From: Bacteroidales bacterium
Lineage (GTDB): Bacteria; Bacteroidota; Bacteroidia; Bacteroidales; JAAYJT01
Direction: 5' to 3'
Length of the DNA: 64,000 nucleotides
NCBI GenBank assembly: GCA_049654165.1
Contig: JBASHR010000037.1
Span: 16,780 to 80,779 of the forward strand
In this document: positions 1-9,167 of the stretch, piece by piece
Layout of the letters: each line of letters opens with the position of its first letter
Numbering within the stretch: position 1 is the first letter of the stretch
Notes under the pieces: generated by a model
Databases searched by the model: none
What the model saw: the letters and a program-made list of their open reading frames with translations, nothing else
What the model was told of the DNA's origin: nothing
Program-made: the position numbers and the translations under genes

Positions 1-255
1 TACTCCAACAAAAGCATTGATAAATCCTACCCAGAGACCGGAATATCCAAAATTCCAACCTATTGACCCGGCAAATCCAATGAATAATACAGCCGAAAAA
101 TATGCTGTACCATAAGTGAAAGCAGTCATCCAGGGACCCACATTACCTCCGCCAAGAAAATAATCGCTGAAAGATTTGGTTTTTCGCAATCCGATTATTC
201 CTACAACAATGATCATGATTGCATACAGAACAACAATAGTAATTTTTAGAATCAT
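1..255 (-). CDS. sodium:solute symporter family protein, N-terminal fragment (gene runs off the window start)
   Basis: The reverse complement of 1-255 reads MILKITIVVLYAIMIIVVGIIGLRKTKSFSDYFLGGGNVGPWMTAFTYGTAYFSAVLFIGFAGSIGWNFGYSGLWVGFINAFVGV, with the ATG at 253-255. This is a typical SSF TM1-TM2 region. It is absent from the ORF track because no stop lies inside the window. Confidence 0.7.
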   Translation of the reverse strand, partial: MILKITIVVLYAIMIIVVGIIGLRKTKSFSDYFLGGGNVGPWMTAFTYGTAYFSAVLFIGFAGSIGWNFGYSGLWVGFINAFVGV

Positions 256-461
256 AAATAGTGAAAATTAATTGATGGGAAATTATTCAGACTGCAAATG
301 TAAAAGAAATGTGCTTCAATACTTAAGCAGATGAAGTTTTGAAGCATTTAATACGATTTGTGTTACAATCGTCAATGCTGATTAAATGTCCAATTGAGAA
401 AATATAATGGGTTCGAAGCATCACAGAGGTTATGGTTTATGAATAGTTCAAAGGTTTTGCA

Positions 462-469
462 TATTTTTG
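462..469 (+). promoter_or_regulatory. Bacteroidota -7 promoter element TAnnTTTG upstream of the HAD gene
   Basis: TATTTTTG. ATG 474 lies only 5 nt downstream, so ATG 486 may be the real start. Confidence 0.4.
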
Positions 470-473
470 CTGA

Positions 474-1148
474 ATGCAAAATGAAATGAAATTTGATTTA
501 TCCTCTGTTAAAGCTATTGTATGGGATTGGAACGGAACCCTTCTTGACGATGTTAATATTTGTGTTGATTCGATCAATGAAATGCTTATCCCCCGCAATA
601 TTCCACCCTTAAATTATGACTCATACCGAAGGATCTTTGGGTTCCCGGTAAAAGATTATTATGCAGAAGCCGGCTTTGATTTCAACAGCGAGCCTTTTGA
701 TGTTGTTGCAATCCAGTTTATTGACATATATCGTAACCATCTGCCCTCGTGCAACTTATTCTCTGACGTTGTTAGTATTCTGGATTATTTCTCAAAAAAG
801 AAAATTCCGCAGTTTATTTTATCGGCGATGGAACAGGATATGCTTGAACATTCGTTGAAGGAAAAAGGTATTTACGGATATTTCAGGTTCGTGTCCGGAA
901 CCACTGACCATTATGCAAACAACAAGCTGGATGCTGCAAACCGTTTACAACAGATCATTGGCGTTGCACCTGAAAATATCCTGATGATTGGCGACACCAT
1001 ACATGACCATGAGGTTGCCGGCGTAATGAACTGGAAGAACCTGCTAATTGCAAGTGGTCATCAATCGTTGCAAAGACTATTGCCAACAGGCCGTATGGTG
1101 TTCGAGAACTTAGCTTCGTTTATGAAATATCTGAATGGTAATACTTAA
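474..1148 (+). CDS. HAD-superfamily hydrolase (phosphatase-like)
   Basis: 224-aa ORF. Motif I-like VWDWNGTLLDD near the N-terminus, and a C-terminal IGDTIHDHEVA resembling HAD motif IV (GDxxxD). The start could be ATG 486 instead, because a -7 box ends at 469. Confidence 0.75.
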   Translation: MQNEMKFDLSSVKAIVWDWNGTLLDDVNICVDSINEMLIPRNIPPLNYDSYRRIFGFPVKDYYAEAGFDFNSEPFDVVAIQFIDIYRNHLPSCNLFSDVVSILDYFSKKKIPQFILSAMEQDMLEHSLKEKGIYGYFRFVSGTTDHYANNKLDAANRLQQIIGVAPENILMIGDTIHDHEVAGVMNWKNLLIASGHQSLQRLLPTGRMVFENLASFMKYLNGNT

Positions 1149-1165
1149 TTTGGAATTGCTGAATA

Positions 1166-3064
1166 TCAGTCGAAAAACATCCAGTTTACACCGAATTTAA
1201 AAGCTCTGTCAGCCATAGGATATGTGGGTATCATGTAATATCTGTAGCCTGTTAATCCGGAATTAGCATGTTGCAGAAGTAGGAAGATCCGGGCACGTTT
1301 TATTCTCAGATTCAAAAAAACATCCACGAAAGGGTAATTGCCGGTTTTTGTCTGATCCTGCAGGTAAAAACTTCGTGATGCTGGCATATAAGCCTGAGCA
1401 TACCAGGCAGTATTGTAAAAAACCTCAATGCCTGTCAAAGCATATATGGCTCCTTTGAATAAGGAACCTTCATACGAAATTGTTGCATTTGCCAAAAGTG
1501 AAGGTAATTTCAGAGCTTCGTCCTTTGAAATATGCTGATACATCAAAGAATAATCAAGAGAGAGATTTCCTAACTTCAAACGGCTTTCCGCATAAGGGGC
1601 AATGATATTGAATTTCTCGCCGAACCAGGCAGGATGTGCCAAAGAATCGAGATAAGCAAAACCACTGATAGCATTAAATTTAACACCTGCCTTATGTTTT
1701 TTCCATGAGGCGTTGAGTTGCAGCTCGTTGATATTTTGTTTGTCAAAAGTATTATCCCATTTAAAATGGTTGGATTCAAACAAATGAAAAAATAATGGCG
1801 GAGTAACCAGAGATTTTTTTACTGACACCTCCAGAGCCAGCGGATGATTTTTACCGAAACGATAAATACCGCCAAGAGACAAAATTTGATCATTATCACG
1901 ATAACCACCTTTAACGATTTGATAATCAGCGTTTATATCAATACTATTACCAATTGATAAGCCGGATTTGAGCAAAGGCATCAACTGAGTATATTTTTTA
2001 TTGATGGTGTGCATACGGTAATGTATAAATTCATAACCGGCGCCGGCAGCAATATTGAATTTTATCCTGTCATTTTCGATCAAAGGAATGATGCATCGAA
2101 TATCGTTTAAAACAGTATGAATTACCAGTGAATCATAAGTCTGTGAGGAATCAATAAATATATCGGGATAAAAATCTGAGCCGGGGCTTTTATCGCTGTA
2201 TACCATTGCCAAACGTTGATAATTAAAGCTATGCATGAAGGCAGCAGGCTTCTTTGATTTTATGCTGTCTGAACTTTCTTTTCGTGCAGATGGTATCCTG
2301 AAATTAAAATATTGCCTGAAATTCACATTTGATTCCCTCCAGCGGTTTTCAGCATTGTTCAGCTTCACCGATATACGGTCGCGGGTGGGTTCCTGATTTT
2401 CTTCAAACATCGGAGCATTTGCAATACCGCCATTTTCCTGATGTATGAAACGATTATTTATGAAACTGCCAGTTATTCCGTATCTCTGGTTACGGGTTTT
2501 GTAATGGGTTTGAAATGCAACTGAAGCATTATCAGATTTTTGCCTGATGTAAGCTCCGTTTGATTTTATCAGATTAAAATTAACTCCAAGTCCTAAATTT
2601 CGATGCACTTGTTGATAATGTCTGCCATTGAAAAACTGCTCCCGGTTGCTTCCAATGGTATAAGCAAGGGCAGTAAAGGGAGTGTTTAATTTGTAATAAG
2701 GTATGTTTGAGGGGGTTAATCGGTATAAATCGTAAGCAGAAATACCATAATGTGAGCTAATTATATTCGCCGGCTCCCAATACATACCTGTATATACTAA
2801 TCCGGTATTCCCAAGCCAGGCATTCTTGCGACCATTGCCGAGCAATGGATGATAATGATGAAAATTATTCAGTAAAGTATCAATGGCAATATAACGAGGA
2901 GACATAATCTGTTCGGCACTGTCGAAATAATAAAAAACTTTCACACTGTCCGAAACATCTTTCCTGTGTTCTATTATTCCGGGTCTAACTTCCTGATCCT
3001 GAGCATATATTATCAGGGTGCAAAAAGTCAGGATCAAAAATGAAAGCTTTTTTAATTTATGCAT
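1166..3064 (-). CDS. outer-membrane beta-barrel protein (Bacteroidota putative-porin type)
   Basis: 632 aa. Signal peptide MHKLKKLSFLILTFCTLIIYAQ, alternating aromatic/Gly-rich strands, and an aromatic C-terminus FGVNWMFFD. The family assignment is from memory only. Confidence 0.55.
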   Translation of the reverse strand: MHKLKKLSFLILTFCTLIIYAQDQEVRPGIIEHRKDVSDSVKVFYYFDSAEQIMSPRYIAIDTLLNNFHHYHPLLGNGRKNAWLGNTGLVYTGMYWEPANIISSHYGISAYDLYRLTPSNIPYYKLNTPFTALAYTIGSNREQFFNGRHYQQVHRNLGLGVNFNLIKSNGAYIRQKSDNASVAFQTHYKTRNQRYGITGSFINNRFIHQENGGIANAPMFEENQEPTRDRISVKLNNAENRWRESNVNFRQYFNFRIPSARKESSDSIKSKKPAAFMHSFNYQRLAMVYSDKSPGSDFYPDIFIDSSQTYDSLVIHTVLNDIRCIIPLIENDRIKFNIAAGAGYEFIHYRMHTINKKYTQLMPLLKSGLSIGNSIDINADYQIVKGGYRDNDQILSLGGIYRFGKNHPLALEVSVKKSLVTPPLFFHLFESNHFKWDNTFDKQNINELQLNASWKKHKAGVKFNAISGFAYLDSLAHPAWFGEKFNIIAPYAESRLKLGNLSLDYSLMYQHISKDEALKLPSLLANATISYEGSLFKGAIYALTGIEVFYNTAWYAQAYMPASRSFYLQDQTKTGNYPFVDVFLNLRIKRARIFLLLQHANSGLTGYRYYMIPTYPMADRAFKFGVNWMFFD

Positions 3065-3321
3065 ATCGCTTATGACGTGCTGATAATTTTAGCCAAAAGT
3101 ATTAATAAATTGATTTAACGATAATATTGATTCAAACAGTATATTTTATATAATTGAAAATCAGATCAATCTGATTCTCAGAACGGAGTTCATATCATAA
3201 ACCCCTGCTGTAAAGGCAGTTTATACACAAAATCTTGTTTGTTTTACCCCAAAATCATATCAGATAAATTATTTGTTTTTGAAGTGTTAAGTTTTATAGC
3301 TCATAGTATTTAAAATAAATT

Positions 3322-3329
3322 TACTTTTG
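3322..3329 (+). promoter_or_regulatory. -7 element TAnnTTTG upstream of the symporter gene
   Basis: TACTTTTG, 40 nt upstream of ATG 3369. Confidence 0.45.
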
Positions 3330-3368
3330 GCTCATTAAAAAAGCATTGCTCTCAAATTAACTAAACTA

Positions 3369-5219
3369 TTGATAATTATGGTATTACAGACAATTGACTG
3401 GATTTTTGTTGCGCTGTTTTTTCTTGTTTTACTCACAATAGGATTATTGGCAGCACGTGATGCAGGTAAAAATACTGCCAGTTTTTTCCTTTCAGGACGT
3501 AATATGCCATGGTGGCTGCTAGGTGTTTCCATGGTAGCCACTACCTTCTCGGCTGACACGCCTAATTTGGTTACTGATATGGTGCGAACCGGCGGAGTAG
3601 CGGCAAACTGGCTGTGGTGGGCTTTTTTGCTTACAGGTATGCTCACTGTATTTGTTTATGCCAAACTCTGGAATCGTTCAAGAGTAATGACTGACCTCGA
3701 GTTTTATGAGTTGCGTTACAGTGGAAAAATGGCTGCTTTCCTCCGTGGGTTCAGAGCAATTTACTTAGGTTTCTTTTTCAATGTCATGGTTATTGCAAGT
3801 GTTTCTCTTGCATTCATTAAAATAGCCGGCGTTATGCTTGGCCTGCAGCCTGCACCGGCACTTATCATAGCTGCTGTTGTGGTTGTGATATATAGTGGCC
3901 TGGGAGGTCTGAAGTCAATTTTATGGACTGATTTGTTTCAGTTTAGCTTTGCAATGGCCGGTGCTATCATAGCCGCCGTTTTTGTAGCTCGTTCACCACA
4001 GGTAGGCGGATTGACAGCCTTGTTTTCAAATCCTGCTGTTGCCGGTAAACTCAGATTAATACCAGAAATATCAAATCCGGAACTGTTCTTAAGCATATTT
4101 CTGATCCCTATAGCTGTTCAGTGGTGGGCAGCATGGTATCCGGGAGCCGAACCCGGTGGTGGCGGATATATTGCCCAGCGTATGCTGTCAGCAAAGAATG
4201 AAAGTCATGCTGTAGGAGCTACCTTGCTTTTCAATTTCTTTCATTATGCCTTACGCCCCTGGCCCTGGATTATTGTTGGTTTGGGTTCGCTCATTGTTTT
4301 CCCCGATATCCAGTCAATGGTAACTGCTTTTCCTGATGTAGCCGAGCAGTATATTAAAAATGACTTTGCTTATCCTGCCATGCTACGCGAGTTTCTCCCT
4401 GCAGGAATACTTGGGCTGGTAGTAGCTTCGCTGATAGCAGCATTTATGTCAACGGTGGCATCGCAGTTAAACTGGGGCTCTTCATATCTGGTCAACGATT
4501 TTTACAGCAGGTTTTATAATCCCAAAGCCACTGAAAAACAAAAGGTTGCATTTGGCAGAATAAGCACAATCACATTAATGGTTTTTTCTGTGCTGCTGGC
4601 ATTGGTTTTACAAAACGCCCTTCAGGCTTTTCAGTATTTATTGATGATTGGTGCGGGTACAGGCCTTATTTACATTCTCAGATGGTTCTGGTGGCGTGTA
4701 AATTCATATTCTGAACTGTCAGCAATGATAGCTGCCGGATTTTTCTCGCTTGTTTTCATTCTTATTGAGAATTTTGCCATGGTTCAGTTACCTGATGAAA
4801 AGGTTGAAGTACTCGGGATTCTGACTACTGCCAAATACTGGGGAATGATCAAATTTGTGGGAGTAGTTATTTTAACCAGTGTTTCATGGTTGCTGGTTAC
4901 TTTTCTTACCCGTCCTGAAAACGATGAAACATTAAGAAGCTTTTACCGTAAGATCAGACCCGGAGGCCCTGGCTGGGAAGCTGTTGTTACGAAAGCACGA
5001 TCAGAAGGAGTTGAGTTAATTAAGGATAAAGACCTTCGCTGGGACGTTCCTACAGGGATTGTTTGTATGATACTTGGCTGCATTATGATTTACAGCACAT
5101 TGTTTGCAATTGGAAATTTCCTGTATTCAAACAATACTCTTGCATTCATTCTTGTTGGATTAGCTGTCGTTTCAGGATTCTTGCTGACAAGGTTCTGGAA
5201 AAAACTGAGAATGGCATAA
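3369..5219 (+). CDS. sodium:solute symporter family transporter
   Basis: 616 aa and highly hydrophobic with multiple TM segments. SSF-like N-terminus (FFLSGRNMPWWLLGVSMVATTFSADTP) and GGGYIAQRMLSAK. Confidence 0.85.
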   Translation: MIIMVLQTIDWIFVALFFLVLLTIGLLAARDAGKNTASFFLSGRNMPWWLLGVSMVATTFSADTPNLVTDMVRTGGVAANWLWWAFLLTGMLTVFVYAKLWNRSRVMTDLEFYELRYSGKMAAFLRGFRAIYLGFFFNVMVIASVSLAFIKIAGVMLGLQPAPALIIAAVVVVIYSGLGGLKSILWTDLFQFSFAMAGAIIAAVFVARSPQVGGLTALFSNPAVAGKLRLIPEISNPELFLSIFLIPIAVQWWAAWYPGAEPGGGGYIAQRMLSAKNESHAVGATLLFNFFHYALRPWPWIIVGLGSLIVFPDIQSMVTAFPDVAEQYIKNDFAYPAMLREFLPAGILGLVVASLIAAFMSTVASQLNWGSSYLVNDFYSRFYNPKATEKQKVAFGRISTITLMVFSVLLALVLQNALQAFQYLLMIGAGTGLIYILRWFWWRVNSYSELSAMIAAGFFSLVFILIENFAMVQLPDEKVEVLGILTTAKYWGMIKFVGVVILTSVSWLLVTFLTRPENDETLRSFYRKIRPGGPGWEAVVTKARSEGVELIKDKDLRWDVPTGIVCMILGCIMIYSTLFAIGNFLYSNNTLAFILVGLAVVSGFLLTRFWKKLRMA

Positions 5220-5343
5220 AATTTATTTAGGTTTCATAATTATTTCTGTGATCCGAACCATAAACTATTATGGACCTGATGGTTCAGAGTATTAGTAGTT
5301 AAGTGAGGAAATAAATAACGGATTGCAGAAAATGATAACTCAT

Positions 5344-5351
5344 TATCTTTG
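5344..5351 (+). promoter_or_regulatory. -7 element TAnnTTTG upstream of the DUF4293-like gene
   Basis: TATCTTTG followed by cacc, 29 nt upstream of ATG 5380. Confidence 0.5.
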
Positions 5352-5379
5352 CACCCCGATCACAGTAAAATTTAAGTTT

Positions 5380-5826
5380 ATGATACAGCGAATTCAGTCC
5401 GTTTATTTATTTCTGGCAGCCATCGCCATTGCGGTGATGTTTTTCTTTCCGATCGCTTATAGCGACACCCTTGATTTCTATTTTGGTTTACGTGGTATTT
5501 CTGATGATACTTTTTTAAATGTAAACACTAAACCTCTGATTATAATTGCTGTTGTATTGATCCTGCTGGCAGTATTCAGCATTTTTATGTATAAGAACCG
5601 ACTGCTGCAAATGAGGGTTATACGGTTTGGAGTTTTGCTCGATCTTGCTTTTATTATCGTTATTTATTTCGGTTATATTGATTCTATTTCTCAGAAGGCA
5701 AATGTAGAAGTGCAATATAAAACAGGGATTTATTTTCCTCTTATAATGCTGGTATTCTTGATTCTGGCCATACGGGCAATTATGGCTGATGAAAAGAAAG
5801 TTCGTGCTGCCGACCGCTTAAGATAG
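5380..5826 (+). CDS. DUF4293-like small membrane protein
   Basis: The start is taken at MIQRIQSVYLFLAAIAI (ATG 5380), 29 nt after a TAtcTTTG box. The protein has 4 predicted TM helices. Confidence 0.55.
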   Translation: MIQRIQSVYLFLAAIAIAVMFFFPIAYSDTLDFYFGLRGISDDTFLNVNTKPLIIIAVVLILLAVFSIFMYKNRLLQMRVIRFGVLLDLAFIIVIYFGYIDSISQKANVEVQYKTGIYFPLIMLVFLILAIRAIMADEKKVRAADRLR

Positions 5827-5827
5827 G

Positions 5828-6334
5828 CTATTGGCCTTGCTTCCATCGTGGCTTATCAAAAACTTCCAGATTGCCTGCTCTGGCATTCTCAACAGTAAAC
5901 CTTATCATGGTTATCTGCCTGTGAAGTCCGAAATTTCCTGCAGCTCCCGGATTAATGTGCAGAAGATTATGTTTATCGTCATACATGACCTTAAGAATAT
6001 GGGAATGACCGCAAACAAATAATCCAGGCTTATGCCTCAGTATCAGCGATCTGGCTTTTGGGTCATATTTATTTGGATAACCACCTATATGTATCAGTAA
6101 CACCTTCAAACTTTCGCAATCAAACAACTGATATTCCGGAAATAAGTTTCTGATATGTTGTTCATCAATATTACCGTAAACAGCTTTTAATGGCTTGAAT
6201 GCTTCAAGCCGTTCAACGACCTCAATACTACCAATATCGCCTGCATGCCATATTTCATCTACATCTTTGAAAAAACTTTCAAATTCAGAAGGCAATGAGC
6301 TATGAGTATCGGATAAGATTCCAATTCTTTTCAT
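5828..6334 (-). CDS. YfcE/MJ0936-family metallophosphoesterase
   Basis: 168 aa with the motifs ILSDTHS, HAGDIGS, GNID and CGHSH. Confidence 0.8.
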   Translation of the reverse strand: MKRIGILSDTHSSLPSEFESFFKDVDEIWHAGDIGSIEVVERLEAFKPLKAVYGNIDEQHIRNLFPEYQLFDCESLKVLLIHIGGYPNKYDPKARSLILRHKPGLFVCGHSHILKVMYDDKHNLLHINPGAAGNFGLHRQITMIRFTVENARAGNLEVFDKPRWKQGQ

Positions 6335-6500
6335 GAGAACTTCTGTAAAATCAGTTGCTTTTTAAATAACAGCATTGAGCCTCCAATGTTTCAATAACTA
6401 TACCAGCCTATTGGATGAAATAATCCATTTAGGCGATATTTTTACAAATATAATTGATATAGCTTAGGGGTTGGTTTTTATAAAAAATCATTTGGTCATC

Positions 6501-6524
6501 AATTGCTGCCGGCTTAAGCCAAAA
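6501..6524 (+). repeat. short repeat module aattgcNNcNggcttaagccaaaa, copy 1
   Basis: aattgctgccggcttaagccaaaa contains the perfect palindrome ggcttaagcc. It matches 12537-12560 at 21 of 24 positions in the same orientation. Confidence 0.7.
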
Positions 6525-6800
6525 TAATCCAAAAGTTCATAACATACTGATATCCTGGCTTTGCATATTAAACATGTAAAAGGATGATATTCAATGAATT
6601 ATGATTCAAGCTGATGTTTATTAAGAAATCTATCTGATAAATGATATAAAGGTTAATTTTTTCTAAAAAATCAAAAAACTATTGCACTGCCATTATAAAT
6701 GTATTAATTTTACAGCTGAAAATTTTACAGTCTTGCACACTGCTTCATTTGTCCCTTTCCATATATAACTTATTGTATTCTTGAATTTTAACTAGTCACA

Positions 6801-6877
6801 ATCAATTTGTGATTATTGAATCAATATTTTATGAAAAACCTGTTCTCAAAGTTCTTAGCTATGGTCTGATTTTTTTT
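6801..6877 (+). repeat. degenerate copy of the leader plus signal-peptide segment found at 8990-9070
   Basis: atcaatttgtgattattgaatcaatattttATGaaaaacctgttctcaaagttcttagctatggtctgatt. Compared with copy B, one A is missing after the ATG. The frame therefore shifts and reads MKNLFSKFLAMV followed by a stop. Confidence 0.75.
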
Positions 6878-7030
6878 GAATTGCAAGTAAAATTCATTGA
6901 GTTTCAATAATATAACAAAATAAATATATTGTCTTTAACCTCATTTCCAATTATTTATCGGGCTTTCGAAAGTCAATTCCATTATAAAATCTCATTCATG
7001 AAAACAGTAACCCATAAAAAAATTAGAAAG

Positions 7031-8425
7031 ATGAAACACTTCTTATTTTTCTTAGTATTGCTTGCTATTATATTAGCAGGATGTAAAAAATCGGACAACC
7101 CGATTAACAATGGTAAGATGGATTGGAACGCTCCTTCCCACCCATATATGGCTCCAAATGGAAAAAGCAATATCCATAACGATGCGTATATGACAGATGT
7201 ATACACAATCAAAGGCCCTGAGAATGGAGACCTTAATGTCGCTATGTCAGATATTGATAAATTAGGCGGCACAATTGCATTTAACGGCGAAAATAAAATC
7301 ATAACTCTCGGAATCTGGGCAGATGGTTCAAGAGCATTATATATCATTGAACCGACAAATCTTGAGGTTATAGACAAATATGACCTTCCGTCAGGAACCT
7401 TAGGTGTTGCAGGTGGTGGATATTTTTATTTAGATCAGAATTACAAAGCTGTTGTCCCAACCATTGACAAAAGAATATTAATAATTAGCACGACAGGAAA
7501 TCCAGCGAAGCTTACTTTAGAAAAAGAATATAGCCTATCGAGCCTGCCGGATCCTTGCATTGTCGCATCGGTGTTGCCAGATTGGAATGGAAATCTATGG
7601 TTCGTAACGGCAGAAGGAATAGTTGGGATTATAGGCGATAACACACTGAATACCATTCAGTTATCTCACTTTGATTCATTAACAAATACCGAAGTGAAAG
7701 AACCAATAGCGAATTCGTTTGCAATAGATGAATCAGGAGGCGTTTTTGTCGTATCTGATTATGCTTTATACAGATTAGAACTTAATGGCGGCAGCCCTGT
7801 AATAAGCTGGAGAGAAGAATACGACAGAGGAACTATGAAAAAGCCGGGACAGCTATCTTTTGGCTCAGGTACAACTCCTACCCTTATTTCAAATGATTAC
7901 GTTGCTATAACTGATAATGCGGAGCCACGGATGAACGTTCTGGTATACAAAAGGGCTAAGAATATCAGTTCGAACCGGCTTTTATGCAAAGTTCCGGTAT
8001 TCACAAGCGGTGCATCTTCAAATGAAAATTCGCTTATTGCTTTTAACAATTCAATTATTGTTGAGAATAATTATGGATATTCAAACCTTTTTAATTTTGT
8101 CGGGCATCTTTCCGAGCCAGGTTTAAGCCGGATTGATTTTAATGCAGATGGCAGTTACAAAATAGCCTGGACTTCAAATCTGATTATTCCATCAGTGGTT
8201 TCAAAGTACTCTTCTGTAACCAATTTAATTTATACTTATACTAAAGATGCTGAAGGTTGGTATTTTACAGCGGTTAATGCCAACTCGGGACAGGTCGTTT
8301 TTCAAAAGAAAGTTGGACCGGATGAGATTATATACAATAATCATTATTCAGGTATAGTAATTGCACCGGATGGTTCAGCATATGTAGGTGTTCCTAAGGG
8401 AGTTATGAAATTTTCAAAAAAATAA
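7031..8425 (+). CDS. hypothetical lipoprotein (possible beta-propeller)
   Basis: ORF 6929-8425. The best start is ATG 7031, giving MKHFLFFLVLLAIILAGC, a lipoprotein signal with a lipobox Cys. I recognise no family. Confidence 0.55.
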   Translation: MKHFLFFLVLLAIILAGCKKSDNPINNGKMDWNAPSHPYMAPNGKSNIHNDAYMTDVYTIKGPENGDLNVAMSDIDKLGGTIAFNGENKIITLGIWADGSRALYIIEPTNLEVIDKYDLPSGTLGVAGGGYFYLDQNYKAVVPTIDKRILIISTTGNPAKLTLEKEYSLSSLPDPCIVASVLPDWNGNLWFVTAEGIVGIIGDNTLNTIQLSHFDSLTNTEVKEPIANSFAIDESGGVFVVSDYALYRLELNGGSPVISWREEYDRGTMKKPGQLSFGSGTTPTLISNDYVAITDNAEPRMNVLVYKRAKNISSNRLLCKVPVFTSGASSNENSLIAFNNSIIVENNYGYSNLFNFVGHLSEPGLSRIDFNADGSYKIAWTSNLIIPSVVSKYSSVTNLIYTYTKDAEGWYFTAVNANSGQVVFQKKVGPDEIIYNNHYSGIVIAPDGSAYVGVPKGVMKFSKK

Positions 8426-8989
8426 GGATTCAATTTTGAAGTGGCCTAAGTCCTTTATTTAATATTTCACACATATGTAACTGATATTGTTTATACCATG
8501 AGAATTAAAAGGTGATTTATAACCTCCCTGGTTTATTGATAACTCACATTGCCTTCTTATCAACCTTATTTGAAGGAACAGTCTCTAATGAGGAATAAAT
8601 ATGTTTCTGACAAATTTTATCGGAATTTGACACCAAAAGCCTTTACTTATATTTTTATGATACAGAAAATTCAGAGCAAATATATTTCTGTTAAGTTTCA
8701 TTAACTCAGCTAATTATCCCTAGATCTTGAATTAGCTAATCAGTAATAATATTAAACTAGTCCTGACTCGAATATCAGGGCGCTTCCCCTTTCTGTTTCC
8801 GGAATTACAAAATACGCTATCCATGAAATAATGGATATAGGGAGTATTTCTACTCTGTTTATTCTGATCTTATTGTAGCTTTCATGAAGACACTTTAAAA
8901 TTTGGCTTTTTATTAACATTTGCAGCTAAATAACAAAGAAACAATAGCTATACTATGCTTGTTTTATTCTACAAGCTTTACCACCTAAA

Positions 8990-9070
8990 ATCAATATTTT
9001 AATCATTAAATCAATTTTTTATGAAAAAACCTGTTCTCAAAATTCTCAGTTATGGTCTGATTATTTATTT
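8990..9070 (+). repeat. leader plus signal-peptide segment of the LRR gene, paralogous to 6801-6877
   Basis: atcaatattttaatcattaaatcaattttttATGaaaaaacctgttctcaaaattctcagttatggtctgatt. The region from the ATG onward is about 90 percent identical to the other copy by hand alignment. Confidence 0.75.
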
Positions 9071-9110
9071 GGCCATTTTAAGTTATGCAGTAAACGCGCA
9101 AAATCCTTAA
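9021..9110 (+). other. orphan Sec signal-peptide mini-ORF, in frame with the downstream LRR gene and ended by TAA 9108-9110
   Basis: ATG 9021 gives MKKPVLKILSYGLIIYLAILSYAVNAQNP followed by a stop. Codon-by-codon counting shows 9021 and 9168 are in the same frame, and 9111-9167 is open (NSNVISRKEEKLQQRLDEK). Confidence 0.75.
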
Positions 9111-9167
9111 AACAGCAATGTCATTTCCCGTAAAGAGGAGAAACTACAGCAGCGACTTGATGAAAAG

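Noticed and set aside
8425-9020. Invertible promoter (inverton) in the long AT-rich region upstream of the LRR gene.
   Set aside because: Only short local hairpins are present (agctaatt/aattagct at about 8708-8737 and tatccat/atggata at 8818-8837). There is no pair of longer inverted repeats flanking a promoter-sized segment, and no recombinase gene is nearby.
9108-9110. Stop-codon reassignment as an explanation for the in-frame TAA (9108) and the in-frame TAG (48463-48465).
   Set aside because: TAA and TAG terminate conserved genes at their expected lengths in this window, for example guaB at TAA (490 aa), and prfA (357 aa) and znuA at TAG. An RF1 gene is also present. Isolated nonsense mutations or sequencing errors are more parsimonious.
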